This document shows, one piece after another, positions 35,287-44,843 of a stretch of 64,000 nucleotides of DNA. The notes below the pieces were generated by a model that was not told where the DNA came from, made no database searches, and saw only the letters and a list, made by a program, of their open reading frames with translations. The stretch comes from Strigamia acuminata (lineage: Eukaryota), in contig OX442314.1 in assembly GCA_949358305.1 (NCBI GenBank), positions 13,516,001 through 13,580,000 on the forward strand, in the 5' to 3' direction. The translations under genes were made by a program, and so were the position numbers. The number at the start of each line of letters is the position of its first letter. Position 1 is the stretch's first letter.

Positions 35287-36294
35287 TTAGAACAAGAGTT
35301 TATTGAGGTAGCTGCGCTTCTTAATGACCATGCGACAAACATGGCATTTTAGAAGCACACCAACCTCAACAGCTCTTTGAACACATGCAGAGCATGCAGT
35401 GTGTCCACACCTGTAGAAAATGTTGCACCGGTGCGCACTGCACAACCGACAGGTGGAATCGTTCGGTTCTAGCTGCACCACCAGTCCTTTAGATGCCTCA
35501 CGCAGCATCTCGATCAACTGAAACGCCAATTGAGCCACTTCTATAGGCAGCAAACGCTGTCGTTCCCCAATGTTGGGCCACTCATCAGTTGCAGCTGCGG
35601 GTGGATCAACTACTAGTTCCACAACATCCGCAGTGTTAAGCCTGGTTCGTCGACGTTTCATAGGCGGTTGCGTATCATCTGCAGCCGGACTTGGTGAGCG
35701 CCGTCTACGTATACCGCGCCTGGGCTCTGGTGCAGGGTTAGGCAGGGGGTGGATGCAGGGTAGGCCACGACCGTGCTGAGGAGCATCAGGCGCGGGTGCT
35801 GCAGTGGGTTGGTCGTCCTCAGACTGTGATGCACCGTTCATTGCGTTAGTGATAGCCTCTTCGAGGTTGAAGTTAGGCGGATCTTCCGGCAACTCAGGAG
35901 CAGCTTTTTTGCACATGCGACTCAACATCGACTTAAAGCTCTTGTACGGTTTTTGGAAAGCCACATCCGGATACTTAATACACAACTTGTCGTATTCAGG
36001 CTTCTTGGATGCACGTGGGTTTAAGTTGCGACAATTGGTAACCAGTTCATATGCGAATAGTTTGCTGTTTACCTCGAAGGCAGTTGTTCCATGCTGATGC
36101 GGAGCAGTTAAATTAAACTCAGAAGTTTGAATGTTTAAACGACCTCGGCAATGGCAAACGCGAATAATACACCGCATAAGCATGATGTTGTCATCAGAAC
36201 CGGACGGCCGATCTTCACGATAGATAAAATTCCTGTGATCGTACCATTGACGAAGTGCGGAGTGCGAATGAAGTTTTTTCAAAGTTGAATACAT
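35287..36294 (-). CDS. Intronless FLYWCH-type zinc finger + C-terminal C3HC4 RING protein (Mutator-transposase-derived N-terminus, no DDE domain seen)
   Basis: First ATG at 36294 (MYSTLKK; ORF open to 36351). FIY...MRC-x4-C..RGRL...HQH fits FLYWCH; KSMLSRMCKKAAPELP resembles the MULE post-FLYWCH linker; basic NLS-like RRRR and KRRR; C-terminal CRLC...CGHTACSAC...CHVC RING. Confidence 0.75.
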   Translation of the reverse strand: MYSTLKKLHSHSALRQWYDHRNFIYREDRPSGSDDNIMLMRCIIRVCHCRGRLNIQTSEFNLTAPHQHGTTAFEVNSKLFAYELVTNCRNLNPRASKKPEYDKLCIKYPDVAFQKPYKSFKSMLSRMCKKAAPELPEDPPNFNLEEAITNAMNGASQSEDDQPTAAPAPDAPQHGRGLPCIHPLPNPAPEPRRGIRRRRSPSPAADDTQPPMKRRRTRLNTADVVELVVDPPAAATDEWPNIGERQRLLPIEVAQLAFQLIEMLREASKGLVVQLEPNDSTCRLCSAHRCNIFYRCGHTACSACVQRAVEVGVLLKCHVCRMVIKKRSYLNKLLF

Positions 36295-36649
36295 GTCGAT
36301 ACAGACTCTCGAACAAAACTGACAAGGAGACCGCAAGAGTGTGTAATCCACAATTGTTAAAATAATTGTTAAATAAAGTATTCACATGACCTGAGCAATC
36401 TATTTTTCTCATATTAAAATGCACCTCTCTCTCACATTGTTACAAACAGTTACAACACACAGGATTCCTTACTGTGTGTTGAAACAACTTTTTTCACTTT
36501 TTTGAGTAAAAAGGTCAAGTGTAGCACTACACTTGGTGATTAGTCTGTTCAAACCTTACTCTGGAACCCAGGTAATTTGATATCACATGACATATGACAT
36601 CACAACTTTGTTCACCAACATGACTGCCTGCTTGAAGCAACAATAGTGT

Positions 36650-36722
36650 GTTGTGGTGGCTCAGTGGTTAAGGCAATGAACCAGTAATCTTTTCACACAG
36701 GTTCAAATCCCTGTTGTCTGTG
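36650..36722 (+). ncRNA. tRNA-derived Pol III cassette (pseudo-tRNA / SINE-like head), left arm
   Basis: A box TGGCTCAGTGG 36657-36667, B box GGTTCAAATCC 36700-36710, T5 run 36727-36731. Acceptor and anticodon stems do not pair. Confidence 0.6.
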
Positions 36723-36894
36723 AAAATTTTTACTTTAATTTTTTATTTTTTTTTAGCAGTAAAGTTGATGTTTGTTATTTTATATATGTTAAAAAATTAA
36801 AATTAATTATATTAAATTTTTTTAAAAACAAGTATAAAATAATAAACATTAACTTTACTGCTAAAAATAAATAAAAAATTAAAGTAAAAATTTT

Positions 36895-36967
36895 CACAGA
36901 CAACAGGGATTTGAACCTGTGTGAAAAGATTACTGGTTCATTGCCTTAACCACTGAGCCACCACAAC
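36895..36967 (-). ncRNA. tRNA-derived Pol III cassette, right arm (mirror copy)
   Basis: Reverse complement of 36650-36722 (GGATTTGAACC...CCACTGAGCCA). Confidence 0.6.
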
Positions 36968-37326
36968 ACACTATTGTTGCTTCAAGCAGGCAGTCATGTT
37001 GGTGAACAAAGTTGTGATGTCATATGTCATGTGATATCAAATTACCTGGGTTCCAGAGTAAGGTTTGAACAGGCTAATCACCAAGTGTAGTGCTACACTT
37101 GACCTTTTTACTCAAAAAAGTGAAAAAAGGTGTTTCAACACACAGTAAGGAATCCTGTGTGTTGTAACTGTTTGTAACAATGTGAGAGAGAGGTGCATTT
37201 TAATATGAGAAAAATAGATTGCTCAGGTCATGTGAATACTTTATTTAACAATTATTTTAACAATTGTGGATTACACACTCTTGCGGTCTCCTTGTGAGCT
37301 CGTAATCTTGATGCCAAAATCACACT

Positions 37327-37440
37327 AGCTGCATTCAAAAACTAAAATATTTTGTGTTTTACTTCAATTTTAAACCAAAATTGACATCATTTCCTGTTTA
37401 AACCCATGTTAAAACTTAAAATACACTTTTGAATGCAGCT
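37327..37440. mobile_element. 114-bp PIF/Harbinger-group MITE
   Basis: ACT|AGCTGCATTCAAAA ... TTTTGAATGCAGCT|ACT: 14-bp TIR and 3-bp TSD. Confidence 0.8.
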
Positions 37441-37858
37441 ACTGAAAAATCCGAGACTGCGCACACACATACGCAACAAATACATGATTTTTGGGAAAAT
37501 GGCACTATCCACTCATGTGCAATAAACAATTTCAAACTTTGTGGTTTCGTGTATAAAAAATGGAATTTCGTGTATGAATTTGGCATCAAGATACCAGGTG
37601 CAGACTGTAGATGGTTATGACGGGGGCGCGTAATTAGCGGGCATTTTAGTTGAATTTTCAAAACGTTTAACTGTAATTTTAAAATGACCTAAATGTTTTC
37701 TTGGATTTACAACTTATTTTCATGGATTTTACTACCTATTTTCATGGATTTACAACCTACATTCACTGATTTACAATGAGTCAACTTTACATGACAAAAA
37801 TAGGAAATTTGATTTTATGTATATGTATATACAGTATATATATATATATATATATATA

Positions 37859-38623
37859 CAGGGTGTCCTAAAAGTCTGGTTCCCTCCAAATATTTCCTGA
37901 GCAATTACATCTAGGTTAACTTTGATGAAGCGATCGTATAGGAAGTTGGGTGAGAGCAATCTAATGATGTCATCAAATTTGACCTTGAAGGTCATTTTCA
38001 AGGTCATTCACTTGCTAACTTTTAAACCAATCAGGTTAGAGCAAAAAAGTCAATTACAAAGTTGTAGAGCACCATCAAATTACTACTATCCAATTTATCT
38101 TAGTCATCTGAAGTCAATTTTTTTCTTTTTAAAAAGAAGGCAAATCAGAAAAAAAATTCGCATAGTGAAATTTTTTATTCTTGTGATAAAATAATTATTG
38201 AGGCATTGAAAAAAGGCAGTGGTTTTTCTTGTTTACTTGCATAATAATGCACATTTGAATATGTTTATTTAAGTAATCCAGTATTTTTCTAATAGAAATT
38301 TAAGTTTTGTCACAATGGCTGACTTTATTTCAGCTGATTTGTCTCCTTTTTAAAAAGAAAACATTTAACTTAAAATGACTAAGATAAATTGGATAGTACT
38401 AATTTGATGGTGCTCTACAACTTTGTAATTGACTTTTTTGCTCTAACCTGATTGGTTTAGAAGTTAGCAAGTGAATAACCTTGAAAATGGCCTTCAAGGT
38501 CAAATTTGACGACGTCATTGGATTGCTCTCACCCAACTTCCTATACGATCGCTTCATTAAAGTTGGCCTAGATGCAATTGCTCGGGAAATATTTGGAGGG
38601 AACCAGACTTTTAGGACACCCTG
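37859..38623. mobile_element. Non-autonomous Tc1/mariner-type foldback with ~280-bp TIRs
   Basis: TA|CAGGGTGTCCTAAAAGTCTGGTTCCCTCCAAATATTTC ... GAAATATTTGGAGGGAACCAGACTTTTAGGACACCCTG|TA, inserted in a (TA)n tract. Confidence 0.92.
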
Positions 38624-38656
38624 TATATATATAAACATATATATCATTTATGTGTA

Positions 38657-39293
38657 CTAGTGCATGCCTAAATATTGGAAGAATCCATGTTTAAGTCTGT
38701 TCAAGTCGTTTGAAATGCAAAGAAAACATCTCAGTTGAATGGAATTTTAAAAACATTTACGTGGGCTTAATAAACACTCTTCTATTTCCACTAAAGAAGA
38801 TTTAAAAATAATACTCCGTAATTAATAAAAAAGTTACAAGCATATTGCTTTTGCCAAAATAATGGAATAAAGACATTTTAGTGGCAAAATTTTTGAATAA
38901 TTTATAAATACGGTAGCTCTCTACACGAGTTTAAATCACAGTTGAATGGTTTAAATTTAGAAATGGTCAATATAGTGAAAAGAAGAGCCAACAATATTCT
39001 TTTCATGCACACAACTGTGCTTTAATTAAACTCGTGTAGAGAGCTATTTCTAAATTATTCCAATGTTTTGCCACTAAAATGTCTTTATTCCATTATTTTG
39101 GCAAAAGCATTATGCTTGTAGTTTTTTTTTAAATTATTATTTTTAAATCATTTTTAGTGGAAATAAAAGAGTGTTTATTAACCTTTAAGCCCATTTAAAT
39201 GTTTTTGAAATTCCATTCAGCTGAGATGTTTTTTTTTGCATTTCAAACGACTCATACAGACATGGATTACTCCTATATTTAGGCATACACAAG
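38657..39293. mobile_element. TA-flanked foldback element with ~290-bp diverged TIRs
   Basis: TA|CTAGTGCATGCCTAAATAT ... ATATTTAGGCATACACAAG|TA; internal matches such as GCTTTTGCCAAAATAATGGAATAAAGACATTTTAGTGGCAAAA and TAGCTCTCTACACGAGTTTAA in inverted orientation. Confidence 0.88.
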
Positions 39294-41868
39294 TAGGTTT
39301 TTATTTGTTACTTCTATATAATTTTGATTGAATTTTTTATTTTTTATTCTTGTTTAAAATTTATTTTCGAGGCCCCTTGTTGTAGTTACACCACTGAATA
39401 GTCGTTGAATTAATTGGGGATGTTAATGGAGATTTTTATCCATAATAATTTCGTTTGTTTTACTCTTTCTCATCTGTAAATGTTATTGATAAATTTTTTG
39501 AACTAAACGAAAATTAATTTCTTGTTCCGACAGGGATTTAAGATGACCAACAGTGCTCATGTGATTGCTGCATTCTAGGGTTTTAACACCGAGCTGAGTG
39601 TTTCGAGGCTTTTGCTGCTCCCTTGCAGTCATGTTTGTGTTGCAAAAGCTCAAATCCACCAACTGCTTCGCTACCGATTGCGGTGAGTAAAGAAATTCTA
39701 TTCCTGATCTGATAAACCATAGGCATTTTTCATTTTCAGCCTCTTAAAATTCAAACGCGGGCAGTGTTTACCAACTAACTTGTAAGCACTAAGTGTAGTC
39801 GTTGCAGCAAGTTTCATTGGCAGTCAGTTCTTGCAGGTATGGAAATGATGTTATGAGAAACTGTTGAGTTTAAATTGATGTGAATTTGTTGCAGGCCGAA
39901 CAATCAGACACACATTGACGAAGAATTAACTTTTTTATGGAAGAAAAAATTGAAAATTCTGAAAAATGTTCTACAACGTTTCGTCAACAATTTGTGCGGT
40001 GATTTCAATCGTGAGGTTTGGGCTCGCCAAATAAACGTCGTTGAATTGAATGTATTAACCATCTTATTTATGTAATAAAAAAAAAACCTAAATTTTTTTT
40101 AAATTTTTTTTCACCTGCTTTCCTCTAACAGTTCTGTTTCAGTTTTAGGTCTGGCACAAAGTTTAATTCTCTACACGATAGGGTTTGGTCCTAGTTTCAT
40201 AACTTAATAACCTGTGGTACATTAAAATAGAATGCCATTTGTAATAGCATTTTAGTTAGATTGAATCTTCATTTTAGTCGTAATTCGCCGACAGGTGGCG
40301 GTCGATATCAATTTTGAATTTGGGTGTAAGAACTAATACTTGACAGAAAACATTTCAAAAATCACTCCATTCGTAGTTTTTGTTTTTGGGGCCTTTGGTG
40401 CCCATTCTATTCAAATAAACTCTAAAAATTTGAAAAGCAGAAACTCTGAATGCACCTACTGATGTTGACTCTACCTAGCGTTAAAAATTGAAACAATAGT
40501 TTGTAAATTCGTGCAGTAGATGGAGGGAGTGAAGCAAATTCACACCTCCATCACGATCTTTGAAGAATGTAAATTTAAAACAACAAACGTTCAAACCAAT
40601 TACAAAATATTTATGTAGATAAGTTTATAGCTTGCATTCTCCGCTGTTTACGACTCTCTCTCTACAATAAAAACTAATAATAATAAAAAACCTTGAACAA
40701 AGAACAGTTATTAAATAAAACGAGTTAATTACATTCAATTAATCACAAAAACTCAAATAACAACACATAAAATCTCGTAACTCTTTCTATGCTGCACCGA
40801 AAATAAATTTACCATTCATCATCATCACTCATCAGCCGTAATTCAATTCAATATACCGTGAGCCATTTACTAAATAGTAAAATCTAATCTAAATAAATGG
40901 GGAAAACCAAGAGAAATAGTGGGAAATACCAAGCACATAGCGCCATCTAGCGCCGAACCGAAACTATTTTAATACAACAATAAAAAAGTGTAAACCAACG
41001 TCTCTTCTTCGCTGAATTTGTTGTCTCATTTTTCCATTCGCAAACAAAACAAAACCAACCGAAACCAGCCACCAACCACCCACTGCTGAGCTAGAGTTGT
41101 GTGGACCTTGTCACAAATACGCGCAACCTCGGAAGCAAAGTGGACTGCTGACCCCGTTTCAGCTCCCATGACTATGGCCAAGATGAATGCAGATCAAGCT
41201 GCCCTTAACCCATTGCCAAGTTCCTCTTTTCCGGATCAGCTGCTTATCGCAATCGGGAAGAGATGAAGACAGAGCTCTATCACGTCCAATGAAATCTGTG
41301 TCAGCAATTCAGCATTGTATTCCTGTAGTGTAGGCCCCAATAACAACACCCGACTCCCCCTACTGTATATCATTAGTATTACAAGGTCCATCGGTTCGGT
41401 TTGGTTCGGTCAGTGTAGAGCGTAAACGTAAACGGCAACCCCAACTGGGGAACCCGGGCCCTCTCTCGGCTGGTGGCCGAATGTTTCCCACGCTCATATT
41501 GGCGCCAGAAACATGATCCGATCCATACGAAATGCGAATCATATATTTTTTTCCCCTTTTCAGACGTTTTTTTTATTTTTTTATTTTTAATTCGAAATTA
41601 AATAAAAATAATAAATAAATAAATAAATAAAATATATGTTTTTTTAAAAATTTTATTTAAATTTAAATTTTGAAATGTTTTATTTTTTATTATTTTTAAA
41701 TTTGGCTCATAAATTGTGATTTTATCCGTCCATTTTGAAATTCCATCAGCTATTAATCCAATAAGGCTAACTCGATTTCCTCACTGTGAAAAGTTAAACT
41801 CACTGACCACACTGACTTAACAGCCTTGCCCTTTCATTCTATGCTTTACGCGTCACGAAATCACACAC

Positions 41869-41927
41869 CACGTGGCACCAGCCTCGCGCTGATTGGTCAG
41901 AGACAACCAATGAGAACGCGCTTATAA
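41869..41927 (+). promoter_or_regulatory. Putative TIS11 proximal promoter
   Basis: E-box CACGTG 41869, ATTGG 41892 and CCAAT 41907, TATAA 41923, 110-170 bp upstream of the ATG. Confidence 0.5.
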
Positions 41928-42037
41928 CGTGTCGCAGCACTGATCATGGACAGGGCAATAAGAAAACTTTGTTCGTGTCGACTTTGGTGTGCACTCCGAT
42001 CCAAAACTGAGCCGTAATTCAAAGGTGCGGTCCAAAA

Positions 42038-43361
42038 ATGACCACCGCGCTAGTGTCTGCGTGTTACGGCATAACTGAAATTTTTAGCAAGGTAGGATTT
42101 CCACTCACAATTCCGTCTACTCTACCGCATTCCAGTGCATCATGCCGCATTTCTAGGCCCGAAACGCAACAAGTGTTTCCCGCACACATGTTCGTTCGTT
42201 CTCCCCCAAAATTTAGAAAACTTTTAAATTTAAACCCCAACTGAATTAATTGTTTTAAGCTTGTAAAATTTTACCGAACTAATTCATTTAATATTTCTTA
42301 TTTTTCTTTCTTTATAGAACAATGGTCACACAAAAGCACACATGAAAATAGGCGAGCGCAAGTCTGTGCCGAACTTCACCGTGCGGCGCACGTCTACTCC
42401 CAGCACGACCAACTTGTCGACATGTTTCGCAAACAACCGCCTGAACGTGATAGCGATCACGTCCGACGCGGCCGCCGTGCTGGTGAACAACCAGACGACA
42501 AACAACCACAGAAAACTGGACCGGAGTTTGAGTGAACCCGTGGATCGGAGCAGCATTCAGGCGCAGCAGCAGCAGCAGCAGCAGCAGCAAGCGCAGAGGG
42601 CCATGCCGACCAACTCGTCCCGGTACAAGACAGAGCTGTGCAGGCCGTACGAGGAGAGCGGCAAATGTAAATATGGCGACAAGTGCCAATTCGCCCACGG
42701 TGCTCACGAGTTGAGGACCCTCGCCCGGCACCCAAAGTACAAAACCGAACTATGTCGTACGTTCCACACAACCGGATTCTGCCCGTACGGTCCGCGCTGT
42801 CATTTCATACACAACGCCGAAGGTCCGCAGCCCCCTACCGGCGGCTCGATGCCCGACTCGGCCATCGTTCGGCCCAAAGCTCTCTGTTTCAGCGGGGGCT
42901 CGTCCGGCTCGGTGTCCCCCAACGGGGACTTGCCCACGCCGAGTCCGCCGCATAACGGCAACAACAGTTACTTCGAGCCCGTCACGACCCCGACGGCCAA
43001 CAACGCGTTCACCTTTAATTCGCAGGATTTTTCGGTGCTCGTGTCGCCGCCTTTGTCGATTAACCGTCGAGTTATGGAACAGAATGCGTATAACACGGCG
43101 CTCAACCAATTCACACTGTTGAGCAACGGCCAACGCAACCTCAACATCATGAACGATTCGGATTCTGTGTTCTCTGATCCTGCGTCGTCGGACCTTTCGT
43201 CTCCGCCTCCGCCGTCTTCGCCGCCCTCTTCCTCCGATTCGCAATCCCTCGGCTCGGAGGGGGACGACTTGTCTGTGTGCGGCAGTCCGCCGGGAGACGA
43301 TGGGCGCTGCGGTGCATTGCGCCTGCCTATCTTCAGTCGCTTGTCTACCAGTGATGACTAA
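42038..43361 (+). CDS. Tis11: TIS11 / ZFP36L (tristetraprolin family) tandem CCCH mRNA-decay factor, two exons
   Basis: Exon 1 42038-42091 MTTALVSACYGITEIFSK (ZFP36L1-like N-terminus); intron 42092-42317; exon 2 from 42318 in frame with LDRSLSE, RYKTELC-x8-C-x5-C-x3-H, KYKTELC...CPYGPRCHFIH and C-terminal RLPIFSRLS. Confidence 0.96.
42563..42590 (+). repeat. (CAG)n coding repeat, polyQ in TIS11
   Basis: Run of CAG codons giving Q9 just before the zinc fingers. Confidence 0.9.
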
Positions 43362-44783
43362 GACTGTGGGGGTCTTCTTATGCAGGTCAGGCAAGCGCAA
43401 GCCTTATTTAATGTTTAATTCAAATACTAATTTTTTCCAATTTATAAATCTTGAGGAAAGAAATGTAAAAATTTATGCAAAAAATAATTTTTTTTTTGAA
43501 AAGTTTAAATATTAATTAATGAATTAATTTACCCATTATTTAAATGATTTGAAAGAGACGGGAAGAAAGAAGGAAAGAATTAACGGCTGTTTTTTTTGTT
43601 TTTGTAATTTTTGTTTTTCTTTTTTTTTCTTTTCACTATTTTAACCCTTTCATCTCGACAAGTTTGTCTTTTTTTTGGTTTTTCTGAAAAGGAAGAAAAA
43701 TTTTTAAATATTATTTTCATATTTTTTGTTTCCGGACCCCTTTTCCCTATTTATTCCACATCCCATTAATGACGTCAACCACGTAGTGGTTTTAATTGAT
43801 TTTTTTTGGTCAATTAATAGGAATTATTATGAGTATTAATATTTTTTATCATTTTTAATTTCGTAATTTAATATTATTATTTTTATTTTATTTCATGATA
43901 AAAGAAAATTTAAATTTAAAGAAATAAAAAAAAAAATAAAACACAAACAAAAAAAGAAAAAAGAAAAAAAACTTTCAACTAAAAGTGAATTTTGTGTATA
44001 TTATCTTATTTTTCGCCATCCCATCCCCCTTACTTTGAATAAGAAAAAAAAAGCCCCCTATCTTTGAAATTTTCTTACGTCATCCATTGTATTTATGTTA
44101 TTTATTTTGTGGAAGTTTTAAATTTTATTAATAATGCTCCTATATTTATCGGGTTAAGTTGACAGACGTTGAGTTACAAAATGATAGTTTTTATTTCTAA
44201 TTATTGTACGTAAATTATAAATTTAGGTTTTAAAATAAAAAAATAAAAAATAATAATTGATAGATGATGATGATGAAAAAGGAAAAAAAAAATTTGTTTA
44301 TTAAATTAAGAAAGAAGGAAAAAAAATATTTGCCAAAGAACTGCTCTTCCCACCTTCCCATCCTTAGTTTTTTGGTTTTTAATCACATTTGAAACAAAAA
44401 GGAAAAATCATTAACTCTAAAAGAAAATTCGAATCAATTTCCAATATAAAAATTAAAAAACCTAAACTTCCTCTTTTCTGTGTTGGCCATATTGTTGCAG
44501 TCAGAAGTTGAAAGGAAAAAGCAAATTTTTTAATTTTCATTATGTACAATATAATGTTTATAATGATGATAATATAAATAGTTGAAAAAAATTTTGTCTA
44601 GGTTGCAAGTGAAGATCAAACTTTTTCTTTAGTGTTATTTTTATGATTTTTTTTTAACATTGAGAAAATGAGTAATTTGTGCTGTGTTATTTTTTTCATA
44701 ACTTACGCAATTTTATTAGCCCCATTGTAATATCATTTATTATTCATCAAGATGCAGTGATTTTTTTTCTGTTTCATTTTATT

Positions 44784-44843
44784 TTATTATTATTATTATT
44801 ATATTATTATTATTAATATTATTATTATTATTATTATTATTAT
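44784..44843. repeat. Imperfect (TAT)n microsatellite
   Basis: Visible TATTATTAT run with two interruptions. Confidence 0.85.

Larger units (their letters stand above)
36322..37295. repeat. 974-bp spacerless palindrome (foldback)
   Basis: ACAAGGAGACCGCAAGAGTGTGTAATCC... at 36322 mirrors ...GGATTACACACTCTTGCGGTCTCCTTGT ending 37295. The outer ~410 bp of each arm are near-identical (two mismatches spotted by eye). AT-rich imperfect centre near 36808. Confidence 0.95.

Noticed and set aside
36650..36722. Functional tRNA gene
   Set aside because: A and B boxes are present but acceptor and anticodon stems do not pair; kept only as a tRNA-derived cassette.
37922..38647. Two similar ORFs on opposite strands (MKRSYRKLGES...)
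   Set aside because: Translations of the two TIRs of one non-coding foldback element.
40955..41545. GC-richer patch with AACCG/CGGTT repeats upstream of TIS11
   Set aside because: Suggests hAT subterminal repeats, but no TIR/TSD pair or coding frame could be defined.
42312..43400. Antisense and alternate-frame ORFs (139, 104, 216 aa) over TIS11
   Set aside because: Shadows of a GC-rich coding exon; no recognisable domains.
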